From Takakia lepidozioides (taxonomy: Eukaryota > Plantae > Bryophyta), in assembly GCA_030704615.1 (NCBI GenBank), contig CM060734.1:39432001-39496000 (forward strand): a DNA stretch of 64,000 nt. Direction: 5' to 3'. The notes beneath the pieces were generated by a model that was not told where the DNA came from, made no database searches, and saw only the letters and a program-made list of their open reading frames with translations. Below are positions 10,620-23,342 of the stretch, in pieces (position 1 is the stretch's first letter; the number at the start of each line of letters is the position of its first letter). Position numbers and translations under genes: made by a program.

Positions 10620-11412
10620 GCATTTAACCTTCGGTTCCCATTATTTCAAGACACGGTCCGAATTTTTTTTAAAGCCGGTTCCAACATTTTAAAAACCGGT
10701 TTTAGTTGAAAAAATCCGGTTCTGAAAAGAAATTAGATGAGATTCACACATATTTGAACTAAAATCCAACGATTTTATTAGTTTCACTAACAAAAAAAAA
10801 AAAAAAAAAAAAAAAAACTGGTAGAAGAAAATGGGTAACATTCGGACTTTAATGTCCTTTATTTATAAAATTCTGAGGCCTCCGCCCCTCTTTTTTTTTT
10901 TTTTTCAAAAACAAAAAAAAAACATTTTATGGGTTGAAATTACTATTCAGCTCTATGGCAAGTATTGGCATCTTCTAACATTTTTTATAATGAACTTAGC
11001 CAGGATATCATGGAGCTGGAGATTGAACCCAAGATCTCATGGCGTTGAAGCATTGAACATAGAATGTCACGGCCTTTAAGCATTGAACCCAGATCTCATG
11101 GAGCTTGAGAGCATTAAAGAAGTTTTGTCATGGGGCCACCAGGTTATGTCATGTTATGCCAAGGGCCCAACAAGGGCTCAAGAACCTCAACTTGTTTTTA
11201 TCCCCATGTGCCCCGTTCTCCGGTTCTCACGCCCAGCACGAACCGCCAGTTCGGTTATGTGCCGATCCCCATACGAACCGCCAGTTCGGTTATGTGCCGA
11301 TCCCCATTGGCAGGTTCCGGGTCAGGTTCTGCAGGAATGGGCCCGGTTCCGGTTAACCTGAACCTGAACTGGCGGTTAACCTGGGTCCCGGCTGGTAACC
11401 GCCCAACCCTCA
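10620..11412. mobile_element. hAT-like non-autonomous DNA transposon relic (one end)
   Basis: Dense CGGTT/AACCG subterminal-type motifs. Ends in aaccgcccaaccctca, the reverse complement of a GGGTTGGGCGGTT hAT-type terminus. Contains an exact 35-bp tandem duplication at 11238-11307. Confidence 0.55.
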
Positions 11413-11516
11413 TGATGCCACTTTTGGCATCACCTTCACCAACCTCTTTGACTAGGAAGATAACCTTGAACCAACCCCCAATCACTACAATTGGGTCCGC
11501 CTTGCTGAATACAACA

Positions 11517-11924
11517 TGCCGAAGCCGCACTACGACTTCGTCCCGAGGCTACACGATTATAGTACGTGAACGGAAACACGTGGCTTCCGCGTTAGCCCGC
11601 ACTACAAGACAACCCCCTCGGTAGCGCAGTTATAGTACGCGCACGTGCCAGGTACGCACTAGCACGTGAACTCCCAAAGGCGCAAGTTTCCTTGCCCCTT
11701 GGATGGGGTCACCCGATTTCGGCACTACGCAAACACACGATTAACCCCAATTTACCTCTCCCACTTTTATAAGCTAGCATGCATTCTACACACTAGCCAA
11801 CCACACCATGCATCACCATTCCAAACAAAGGACGCACAACATTTGGAACCCATTTCCTTTATAACAAATTTTGTACAATACAAGAATCGGATTCCTAAGC
11901 TAGCTAAGCCGAGCTAAGCATACA
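11517..11924 (-). repeat. 3' LTR of the Gypsy element (about 408 bp)
   Basis: On the minus strand the polypurine tract GTGGGGGAGGAAA (11925-11937) is followed directly by TGTATG. TATAAAA lies about 155 bp inside. Probable end ...CTTCGGCA at 11517 (less certain). Confidence 0.7.
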
Positions 11925-14900
11925 TTTCCTCCCCCACGCTCCAAGGTTGATGTCCCCATCAACGTTTCTTCCGCTTTTGAGGTCACCCTTCGAAAGCTGC
12001 AACCGCCTCGGATGCGTTTCCCATTTCTGAGGCACGCACCCAAGATGCCTCCACATGATGATAGCCCTTCCATTTGACCTGTTTCTCGGAAACCTCCTCG
12101 ACTGGCCTCCACCTCGTACTCAGGTTCATTTTCATGATCCAACAATAACACTCCAACACTTGCGCGCGCTTCGAAGTAAGGCTTCAAAAGGGAGACATGG
12201 AATACTGGGTGCACCTTGCCCAGTTCCATTCATACATCCTCATTCATAAACCTTCCGAATGCGAAAGGGTCCCGCATACGGAGGTACGAACTTCGGACTC
12301 ACTTCCGGAAGTAGTTGGAAATTCTTGATGTTCAACCAGACCTCTGTGCCTGCCTCAACTTCACTTCACTTCCCTCCGCTTCCGATTCGCCTGCCTTTCA
12401 TACCGTTTCCTAGCTAGCTTGGCAATGTTGTACTTTGCGAGCTTCAACAAACGCTCGGGTTCTCCAGTACCGCCACCGCCAGCCCTCCCAACGTCCTTGC
12501 GGCCCAACTCCTTATAGACCAAAAAGGGGAACTCCCGTTGCGGAGTGTATTATTATAACAAACTCTGCCGCGTCTAACTGTTCCACCCAGTCTTTGGTTT
12601 GCCGACACGTAATTCCGCAAGATCTGCTTCACTACGGAATTCACCCCTTTCTGTTTGGCCGTCAGTCGTAGTCGGAAGGCGGTGCTCATCTTCAGCCTCG
12701 TCCCCATCCTCTTCCAAAGTGCCCTCCAAAATTTACTCGTAAACTTGGATCGCAGTCCGAGACAATCCTTCGGGACTCCATGATGCTTTAAGACGTGGGC
12801 GAAGTAAAGTCGCCCTATCTCCTGCGTCGTTGCCGTCTCCTTGGTGGGGATGAAATGGCCCATTTTACTGAACCTATCCACCACCACCATGATTGCATCG
12901 AATCATTTTGACAGCGGCATAGCAGTCATGAAATCCATCGAGACGCTTTCTCAAGTCCCCTCTGAAATCGGCAAGGGTTGTAACAGCCCCGCTTGCTTTT
13001 TGTACTCGCTCCGGTTTTGTTGGCATGTGGTGCATGTCTTGACATACTCCTCTGCCCCTCCCTCAGTTTGGGCCAGAAATACTCATTCTTCAAGAGTGCC
13101 GCAGTGCGCTTGGCTCCGCCGTGGCCCGCAAGCGGGCTATCATGGCATTCTCTCAAGAGGCTATCTCTGATCCCTCCCTTCGGCACGTAGAGACGCTTTT
13201 GCTTATACCGGAGCAGTCCATTTTGCAAGTGGAACTGCGATTTAACCCCCATCCTCAAGTCCTGCATCACGGACTTCGCCAGCTCATCCTTCCGGCAAGC
13301 CTTCCGAATTTTCCTCTGGAGCGTCGTCTCGCCCTTGTACACCAACAAGAGCTGCTGCTTTCTACTTAAAGCATCGGCCACCACGTTGTCTCGCCCCGGT
13401 TTGTACTGGATATCCACGTCGAACACCGCCAAAGTATCTTGCCACCTAAGTTGTTTTGGGGACAACTTGGGCAACGTGGCAAAATACTTCACCGTGACAT
13501 TGTCCGTGAACACCTTCACCGGGTTGGAACCAACATAGTGGCGCCAAAGCTCAAGACAGTGCACCACCGCCTTCATCTCTTTTTCGTGCGTCGGCCACCA
13601 TCGCTCCACTTCATTCAATTTCTTACTTTTGTAAGCCACTGGACGTCCATCTTGCATAAGTACAACCCCAATCGCGAAGTCCGACGCATCTGTATGAATC
13701 TCAATGGACGATCGAACTCCGGGATTTTCAAGACTGGAGCTTCCGCCATCCGCTGCTTCAATTCAGCAAAAGCTTGGCCACAAAAGGTGTTCCATGCCCA
13801 GACTTTAGATTTACACAGAAGGTCTGACAGCGGCCCCGCGATCTTGGCAAAATTTCTCAGATACTTCCGGTAATAGGAGGCGAGTCCTAGGAAGGATCGC
13901 ACTCCCGGGACCGAAGTCGGAGGCTCCCAGTCCAAGATCGCCATCACCTTTCTGTCATCCATTTTGATCCCATCCTGTGTAATCACATGCCCCAGGAACT
14001 TCACTTTTGTGACCCCGAATTCGCACTTTGAAGCTTTGGCATACAGCTTCCATTCTCGCAACTTTTGGAACACCCTTTTGAGGTGCTCCAGGTGCTCCTC
14101 CTTTGTTTTCGAGTACACCAAGATGTCGTCGATGTACACGATCACAAAGTCGTCCAACCACTCCTGAAAAAGGCTGTTCATCAGCATGCTAAAGGTCGCA
14201 GGTGCATTGGTGAGCCCAAAAGGCATCACCAAAAACTCATATGAACCATACCTTGTCTTGCACGCGGTCTTCTCCTCATCTCCTTCCGCCACCCGAATTT
14301 GATGATAGCCGGAGCGCAAGTCGATCCGGCTGAAATACTTCGCTCCTGCCAACTGATCGAAGAGGTCATCGATCATTGGCAAAGGGTACCGGTTTTTGAT
14401 AGTCACCTTATTCAGAGCCCTGTAATCGACACACATCCGCAGCGTCCCATCCTTCTTGTCTGCGAATAGCACCGGGGCTCCGTAAGGTGACTTACTCGGC
14501 CGGATGTACCCCTTTGACATTAGATCCTTGAGCTGAGTCTTCAGCTCGACCAACTCCTGTGGCTCAACCAGTAGGGTGCCTTGGCAGGCGGTTCCGATCC
14601 CGGTATCACCTCAATCTTGTGGTCAACTCCTTTTCGCGGTGGCAAGCCGCTTGGTAAATCCTCCGGCATCACATCCTGGTATTTCTCCAAAATCCCCTTG
14701 ATCCAATCTGGGCTCGGTTCCCCATTGCCTTCTCCCTTTACTTCTCTAATGTAAAGCAAAAATTGGGGCTCGTGTGCCTCCTCCACGGCCCACTCCCTTG
14801 CTGACAAAAGGTTTATTTGCCCTCCCACGAGTTTGGGCGTTTCCGAAACTCGTAAGACCTCGCCACCATTCCAACATGGCAGCGTGACTACCCTCTTGCG

Positions 14901-16492
14901 GCCATCTATGACCGCTCCGAATCTGCTCAAAAAGGTCATCCCCCAAAATGAGATCCACTCCATCGATCTCGCAGACGGTGAAGTTCTCACGTCCCTCCCA
15001 ACTCCCCAGTTGAACAGGAACATCGAACGCGAACCTCGTCGCCAATTGCGGTTTTCCTTTGGCAGAACGCACCTCAATAGAGGCTCTTACGTCAGTTGTC
15101 GGAAGTCCCAGCTTTTGTGCCGTTGCCGTGTTATGAAGGAGTGCGACGCTCCTGTGTCCACCAACAATGACACGTTAGTTCCGGAATTTATCCCATCCAC
15201 GAACAATAAGTGACTCCCTTTACGCAATGCGCCAGTTTCCTGATACAACTCACAAGAATATTTGCCTACCTTGCAAGTCCTGGCAACCACCGCTTCCACC
15301 AGGCGACTGATGGTATCTTCCGACAGCTCCGTGGTTGCCCGAGTCATGTTCAATTGTCGGGGCTTCGTGCACTTCTTGGCCATGTGCCCGGCTCTCCGCA
15401 ATTGAAACACACTCCATCAAAGGTCGCCTTCTGTCCGCCATAAACCGCTCCACCCGCTTTTTCCTTTCGAAGCACCGGGTGCCGCCTTGACGTGTGAAGG
15501 CCCTCCCTTCGATTTCTACGTGCCATTGTCGCCGCGTGGCCTATCCCACTTCTTCTTCCTTCTCCGGTCGGAAGGAGTCACCTTCCCGTCGGGTCTTCTT
15601 GTGGTTCAGCTCCGTACGGCCTTGTCTCTCACCCCTAGGGACATCTGAGAAATATTCAGCCCTCTCAATTGCCTCGTTCAAAGTCTTGGGTGGCTTCTCC
15701 TCCAACTTCCGCCTGGCCCATGGGGCCAGTCTCGCCACAAAGTTGAAGACCATTTCTGGTTCTGCCATGTCCGCGACTTCGAGCAACAGCACATTGAAAG
15801 CCTGGACATACCCCCGAATGTCATCTGTTTGCTTCAAATTCCTCATCTTGTCCCGGGCAAGCCATGACGCGTTGAGGGGCACAACTGTCTCTTCATCAAT
15901 TCCTTGAACCCACTCCAGTCCAAGGTTTCCGGGCTTGGACCTCGGTCGTGAAGGCGTTTCTGCCACCATTGTTGAGCATAGCCCCTCAAATAGGTGGGAG
16001 TCACTTCCACCCGATCCTCGTCACTCAACTTGGCCGCCCGGAAGTACTGCTCTAGCTCCAGGAGCCAGGTGTTGAGTGCCTTCCGATTTCGGACGCCCTC
16101 GAAGGTACCGGGTTCCTTAGGCTTCACCTTAAACTTTGCCTTAGTGGAAGTGACATTAGCCGCCTTCAACACGTCTTTCAACGTCCCGCCAAACTGCGTC
16201 AACAACCCTTCCCAAAAGGCTGCCGGCATGGGAGACATCTCTTGGTTTGTCGGAGCTCTCAAGGATTCCTCGGGCTCCGACTCCTCGGATTCCTCTCGCT
16301 CTTGAGCGGCCTCGTTTTCGGAAACATGCATCGCTTCCTCAAAACGGCCGCCTTGGTGACACGTCGCCCCCATCGGGCTCACCAGGATCATCATCTTTTG
16401 GGCCGTTCCGCTTTTGCTTTGGCTTGCCCGACCCCATGGTGAGGCCAATCCCAAGGACGATCGCGTACTAAACTCTAAGCTCTGATACCAAG

Positions 16493-17213
16493 TGTCGCGC
16501 ACCTCACTTCGGTAAGCTCCCCCTCAAGTCATAGTTACTCGCTTTGATGCGCGCCTGACTCCCAACCTGGCCGCCCGACCAACTTGGAGCTTCGGCTACT
16601 CACCGGGGCATAACGGTCCCCCTTTGTTCTCCTTTAGAACCCTCCACCGATTTGGAACCAGCGGGAATTCCCTTTGGTAGTTGGCAGTCCGGAACAGCTC
16701 CCCACTTTTTGGTCGCTTTCCGCTCGCTCGCTTACTCACTAGTTTTTGGTCACCAACGGGCTTGCACCGTTCTCGGGTTACTACTCCCTATATATACTTC
16801 TGTAGCTGTCCGCGGGGGTTTCACAACCAGCCATGCCATTTTATGGCGAACCACCACGAAAAACCCTCGACTCCCGGTGATGAGTCGCGGTGAGTCTTGG
16901 CCCACTCACCACGGCCCCCATGGACCGTGATGAGTCCCAAGACTCCCCACGACTCCCACCACGAGGTCTCCGCCCCCATGGTGAGTCCTATGCCACCCCC
17001 ACTAAGTCCCGCTAAGCTACCACCACCCCTTGTGGAGCCACCCCCACCGCAACCCGGTGTGCGGGGCTCCACCTAGTGAGCGCCTCCACCTCCTTGAGTG
17101 CCTTGGGCACTCAAGGGTGCTTCAGCCCCCTACCTATCGCTGCTACTGCCCCCACACAGGGGCAGCCCTCTTGTGTCCCGACCCCCCTGCCCTCAAGGCA
17201 AAGGGCCGCGACC
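16493..17213 (-). repeat. 5' LTR of the Gypsy element (about 721 bp)
   Basis: Lies 2 nt from the PBS. Inverted termini TGTCGCG...CGCGAC(C). TATATATA box at ~16789-16796. Confidence 0.8.
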
Positions 17214-17438
17214 TACTTTTCTGAAGGGTATATGCTAAAATGAAGGGTATATCTAATCAGGGTATATAAGGGCCTTTATGTGCCTTCATAGCCTTTATGT
17301 GCTAGGTCTTTTATCTTTTTGTTGTGTTGTTAGGGAGCCTTGAGCTAGAAGAAAGCTCCAATCACAGCTAAAACAAATGCTACATATATATCATTCCTTA
17401 AATGTCATATAACCCAAACAATACCTCTTCAGATCTCG

Positions 17439-18954
17439 CATATATATATATATATATATATATAAGGAAACATGATAGCCCACAATTCAGGCCCTTGAGG
17501 AGGGGGAAAGATTAACCCTTAAGTGCCCAAGGAATGGGTCGCTTGGGTTTGCTTAACCAGCCATAACTTCCTGTAGTTAAGGCTGATTGGGCCTTTTTTG
17601 GGCTCAATTGATAGAAAATCGGGTCCCCCTTCATATGACATTGGCCAATTGGTCAATGCCTGAAGGGGTATGGGTATGGACCAATTGGAAGGGGGCACAC
17701 TCAGCTTTTTGAGGCCAATTGGGCCCCCCTAACCTGCCCAAGTTGTTGACATGGCAACTGCGGTAAGGTTAGGGTGACTGAAAGATACCCCATAAAGGTT
17801 AGGGTGGCACGCTCCCCCAAACCCCTTCATTGCCCGGCGGGGGCATGGCGCCCGGCACAAGTCTGGGCATTCCGAGGCCTGGGCCCTAGCCTGAATCAAC
17901 GGCGATGGCAGGTCCGGCTAACGCCATGCAGGACGGGCTGAAGGGAGTGCAGCCGCGATGGCGGGGGAGCTCGGGGCTCGAGAAAAAACGCCACGAGGGG
18001 TGGGCCAAACCTAGGGCGGGGTTTGAGAGGGTTGAGGGTGGAGTGGGCCCCATGAAAGCAAGGTGGGCCAAACCTAGGCGGGGTTTGAGAGGGTTGAGGG
18101 TGGAGTGGGCCCCATGAAAGCAAGGCCGGGTAGCCAGAGGAGCTCCCAAACCCCGCGCCCTTTTGGGCTATGGCTCCAAATATCCTAGGCCTGCAGGCTA
18201 TAACATAGGTGTGCATTTGAAGTCTTGGGCAGGGAACCTAAAGATGTGAGGGAAATTACCGATTGGTCCCAAACTTTTTTGGGGATCTCATATGGATGTT
18301 CATGACACTTCAACCGGAGGGATTAGGAATTGAACACTGAATTTGTTTGTATAATTTTAGGAAGAGATATTTTGGCCTGCCCAAAGAAAATGGCATATTT
18401 TGACCCCCCAATTTGTCACTACAAAGGAGCCCACTTGAGAACATTTCAGAAAAAACTGAAAAATTATGAGGATGTGTGTTATCAGGTATGATACAACATT
18501 CTTGAGACTCTCAAAAAAAGAGAAATTAAAACTTCCCAAATACGAGCAAAAAACTGCTTTTTTTGGCACCTATTTCTTAGTGAAGAGTTTTTTTTCGTCC
18601 CCACTCTACACTTTATAATCTTCTGATCTGGCGGTTGGAATTTGATGAAACTTTTTGTGGCAGGAGGTGGGGTAAGGTGGGAAGTAATTCCAACGGTCAG
18701 TTTTACAGGGACATAGAGATTTTCCAGATAAAAATGTTTCTGTGGGCCAGGGTCATGTTTTTCCAGGAGAGGGTGAAAATGAGTCTGGGCACTTAAGGGT
18801 TAACCCCCTTTCATTTATGGGCCATGAGACCTACAGGACAGTCAACGCCCAGACATACCGTCATGAATAATCCCACACATGGGGCAGGGCAGCGGGTTCG
18901 AACCCCGAACCACCAGAGCGACACACACTGTGCACTTACCAGCCGATGTGCCTC
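17439..18954 (-). mobile_element. tRNA-derived SINE (about 225 bp net), split by the TTAA element
   Basis: B box GGTTCGAACCC at ~18894-18905 with a weak A-box-like sequence near 18935-18952. Removing the insertion restores a continuous body ending in a (TA)n tract at 17440-17464. Confidence 0.5.
17516..18799. mobile_element. piggyBac-like non-autonomous element (TTAA TSD, 14-bp perfect TIR)
   Basis: TTAA|CCCTTAAGTGCCCA (17516-17529) ... TGGGCACTTAAGGG (18786-18799)|TTAA. Internal ~62-bp tandem repeat at ~18000-18124. No transposase ORF. Confidence 0.8.
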
Positions 18955-20216
18955 TTTTTTTTTCTTTTTTTTTTCTTTTCTGGGGAAACGGGAGGTAGCC
19001 CTTGAAAACTTTAATAAAAATTATTGAAGGGAAAATATTAAACCCTTACATGCCTGTAGGCCGCCTTTTTTGATTCTCAGACCTCCTCCTCCGAGTTGCA
19101 TTGGAAGTTAACACCAAAATATTATGCAATATCTTATCAATTTTCTCTTTTACCATAAATTGTATATTTTGTGTTTTGTACATATTGAAGAACCCAAAAA
19201 AATAAAAATAAAAATCATATATTCTTTAAAAAATAAATTATATATTAATTGAAATAACTATCTATACCCGGAAACTATTCATACCCTCGGGGTAAATTCT
19301 GGCATATATATTCATACCCAGGGGGTTATATAGAAATCTGAAAAGTTAATCTACCCATACCCGGAGGGTAAATAATTTTTCCGGATTTCAATTTATCCAT
19401 ACCCCGAGGGTAAATGATTTGACAAAAATAATTTACTTATACCCTAAGAGTATATTGAAATCAATATACCCGCACAACACTGGTATCAAGTTGATACCCA
19501 CTATTGATACCCCAGTTAACCCTATATACCAGTACAACAACTACCACCCACACATGTAACCCTCTGTCACCCATACTGGCGTTACTCCCTTCAGTTCCAA
19601 GAGAGGGCGGGGAAGATTTGACATGATGCAAACCAGCGCACCGTGAGTCGTGACCCGTCGTGTCAAAGGTTGCACGTGTCACTGCATTAAGTGGTCACCT
19701 CAGTCCTAGTGTTCACCCTGTGACGTGGGGTCCTCCTTGCCAAGAACCTGTGTCCCCAGAACGTGGGCCCACACAGGCGCATGCACGATGCATCCCTGCA
19801 AGGCAAGGCTCTCGTGAGCCCTGCCAATTCTTTCTCCCATGTTCATCTCTCCCCATGCACTCTACGTGGGCCATGGCACAGCAGCCGCCTACCCAGTCTT
19901 TAACTCTTGTCTTGTCTTCCTTGCAGGCCGGCGGGACACGGCCACACTTCTACTTTTGGCACTGACGATCCTATCCCAGAAATCACTCTGCATCTAATGC
20001 ATGCTTGCCAGGTTTGTCTGCACTCTGGGATTTCTTCAGCCCCAAAAATTCGACTTGTATGGTGTTGGTTTTGGTGTCAAATTCTACTATTATTAGTTGT
20101 GTGTACATTCTCCCCCTTGGGTGTCCATAAGAAACTGGGGGGGAATTTGAAGGTCAAGGAAATGGGTGTCCCCATATGAGCCTTGTGCTCTCTGCCTCTT
20201 TGGAAGAGGTTATTTT

Positions 20217-20422
20217 CAATGTTGGGCGGTTATTTGATTTCTTTCATGACTTCCGGTTCTGGTTTTTACAGAATCTTTACTCAAAGAACCTCTAGTTCTG
20301 GTTTTTTCATATATTTCATATGGAAAAAATCACCGGTAAGGGACAGTTTTCATCAAATAATCGGCTGGTCTTGGTGGATCTTTGACGGTTTTCAAGCTGG
20401 TTATTTCAAATCTTCATAGCCT
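20217..20422. mobile_element. Short hAT-like relic related to the 10620-11412 element
   Basis: Begins CAATGTTGGGCGGTT, matching the reverse complement of the 11397-11411 terminus. Internal CGGTT motifs. No TSD seen. Confidence 0.35.
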
Positions 20423-23342
20423 GCGATGAGGAGCCTTTGATGGGATCAATAATCCAACCCCATCATTTGTCTTTCATGTCACGTTACAAGTGTTACGTGG
20501 GTCGAATCTGTAACCCAATCTGTTCTGTCAGTGATGGCGGTCTCTTGTCTCCGTCTGCCGAGGAAGAAGAGCCAACAAATATCAGCTTTTCGATCTACAA
20601 ACGTACAGATCCAGTGTACCAGATTACATTTATGAGGACCGCAGTGTACAAGGGAGAAGAAGGTTGTAACTTGTACCTTGTTTCTAGTTTCTACGTTTCT
20701 ACGCCGGACCCGGCGACGTCCAGACGTCCAGACCTGCATTCTTCCCTGTGGACTCCAACACACACAACTACCCACCAACCCAAATTTATGATGCTTATCC
20801 CTCGCTCTGAGAACACAAGGGAAGGTGAAAAAAAAGACAAAACGACCCCAGTGTCATCGAGCTTGCAATACGTAGTCCGAAACAAGGGCTGATGCCGGGC
20901 CTTGGGTTGATGATTCATTGATGAGCCCAGCTCGAGGAGGAATTTCTTGGAGAAGGGGAGGGAGAACTGTTCCTGAAAAACCAGGTCTCTGGCTTTGAGT
21001 GTCGTAAGCAACGGAGCATTAAAGGTCCTGCGTCGCTCGAGGAAGAAACAATAAAAAATGACGACGTGGCTGTGAACAGATCTCGTATCTCGGTCCTCTG
21101 GCACCACCTAGATTGGTCTCCCCTGACGCTGTGCACCGACTGCAGTCTGGCGCGCTTCCTTGTGTCAGATGAGAGGACGGCACTGGGAGTGCAGAGGTTC
21201 GTAGAATATAGTTAGGGTTTGAAAGAGGGAGACTCTCATCGGAGAGAATTGGTCTAACAACCGGTCGTGTCTTCTGTAGCGCTTTACGGTTCGGAGGAGA
21301 GAGTCGAAGAAGGAGATTGTGTCTAATTAAGTGCGACGGTTGTTCGGAGGTGAGCCCATGGTTTAGGAGTATATCGACGAACACTGCCGAGGCAGGGTGG
21401 AGACTGCACGAGGAGGGCCTGAAATTTCCCTCCTATCTCTTGCAAGCAATAGTTCATTGTGAGCTCTCTCTCCCTCTCTCCGCATGCAGGTGTAGCTACC
21501 GTGTTATCGTATGCGCTTAATTCAAAAAGCTTCAGGGGAACTCAAGGTTTGTAACCGGATTGCAGTCTGCTTTTCCAAAGTGTTATGCCACGTTGGTTTG
21601 CTTGGCGCTTTCTTGGTGACTTCCGTGTGATGGGTGGAACTACTATTGCTTCCTACAGGAGGGCTAGAGTACCGTCGGCCCACTACCCTCAATTTTCTTT
21701 CATAGTGATCATACTTTCGGAGGTTTGAGAGGCTTGCGGGTTCTTGACCCACCACACTTCTGTTTCTCTTAGGCTTGATCACATTCTGAGTTTTGGCATT
21801 GAAGTTACCTCATCAGTGAGGGTCTTAGTGCCATATGTGAACTGAACTTGTCTCTGACCCTTTGAGATGGTATTACATGGTTTCACTCGAATATCTTAGC
21901 TACGTGAGTCTGCAGTATGTCATATGATTGAAAGTGAGATCGTTTGAAGTTCGAGTTTGAGGTTCAAACTTTTCTCTAAGAGAATACCTCCAATAATGGT
22001 GTTGGTTTGTAACTTGAGATTGGTAAAGCACAAGAGGGTTCAAATTTTGCTATTATCTGTCGACAAGATGGATGGTTGTGCTGGGGACCAGTGCATCTGG
22101 CCTCCCAAGTCACACAGGGAAGGCTAGAGCCCCGTCAGTGTTAAGGCATGCAAGAACTGTTCTTATTGTAAGGGTCACAGGATAGCCCCCTAATCAGGTC
22201 AGATCATCTCACTTCAGGTCCAGTGTGAATTTGTCTGCGGACAGTGGAAAGACTCAATAATCCCATTGGAGAACTTGATGCTCCTTAGTTCTGAATGTCA
22301 CTTATATCTCAGAAAGTGTTTGGCTTATGCCTAACATGATAGTTTGTGTTGATTATTCATGTCTGGTAAGTGAACAAACAATCAATTTCTGCATGCTTCA
22401 AAAACAAGATCTTGATCATGTGATTAATGAGGTCTGACATGGAGTTTGATGAGCATGTAAAAAGATACAAAATCTATCTGAGACCCGTTGCCTCAGTGTG
22501 GTCTGTCAGACGGAAAGGCGAGAGAAGAGGGGCTGTGTAGTTGGCTAATCAGCTGTCAATGTAAGTATCAAACTCATGAAAGAACAGAACTAGGTTGATT
22601 TGCTGTGTTTCTAGGTGAAATTTAACAGAACTGCAATATATTGGCAAAGAAAACAGGGTGCTTTTGTCAAACAGGTGGTGTACTCCTCGATAGATGCCCC
22701 TACCTGCCTCCTTACTGCCAAAAAGCCTTTATTGATAAATGCCAGCTCGTTTGGCCTGAAGCAAGCAAAGTAGTATCGGTCCTTGCTACTGTCATTAAGG
22801 AGAACTGGCAGGGATGGACCTCTGCATGTTACTGGGAGGCTGTTCTAGTAGAAGCTCACTTACACATCTCTCCTAGTTTACCCAAAGCGCTGCGAGTAAG
22901 ACCAAGGCAATAACTTGCCAGACAGAAATAGAGGCATGTGGCGCGCAAAGCTAGAGTTGGCTTCTGAGGGTTGAAAGCAGTCCTTACCATCACATACTAG
23001 GACCTTGCTCAGGACATAACTGCGATGGCTCATGGGAGGGCTAATCCAAGCTGCACTGTAAGCTTGTGGGTGCCTAGCTCAGTTTTCGAATGTCATAGGC
23101 AGAGGCACTTGTCAACTTGGTATATTCCACTGATCTCTTTCCTTGTGCTATTTCTCCTCCGTACCCTTTATTTAAAATCTTAGTCTGACAACATTTTGAT
23201 AATCTCGTTAAGGGTGTGCTTGCTTACTTTTTTCTATCCCTTTTCTGGTTGGCTGCCAGTGATATGAGCGAACGGGAAAGCCATACACCTTGGTGGAGAA
23301 CTCAAGGTTTTGCAGCCACTCCTGAACTCCTGAATGAGAACC

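Larger units (their letters stand above)
11517..17213 (-). mobile_element. Ty3/Gypsy chromovirus LTR retrotransposon, degenerate (multiple frameshifts)
   Basis: PBS TGGTATCAGAGC (16490-16479, tRNA-iMet). Gag ~16400-15500; zinc knuckle CFNCGEPG..MAKKC; protease LLVDTGASHSFI; [12 protein letters not shown] (13615-14553); RNase H; integrase HDSPLAGHGG and VVVDRFSKMGHF; chromodomain EYEVEA...KWKGY; PPT. Confidence 0.95.
17221..19524. mobile_element. hAT-like relic hosting nested insertions
   Basis: GGGTATA motifs at 17225-17266 and many inverted ATACCC motifs at 19264-19513. Right terminus ...CCCCAGTTAACCCTA (TAGGG-type end). Left terminus not found. Confidence 0.5.

Noticed and set aside
11238-11307. 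35-bp exact direct repeat resembling a CRISPR unit
   Set aside because: Two adjacent copies with no spacer, in a eukaryotic TE subterminal region.
18890-18955. tRNA gene suggested by GGTTCGAACCC
   Set aside because: No cloverleaf or acceptor stem can be formed. Better explained as a SINE head.
19037-19056. Second piggyBac-like terminus (ttaaacccttacatgcc)
   Set aside because: Extra A after TTAA, mismatches to the TIR, and no partner end found.
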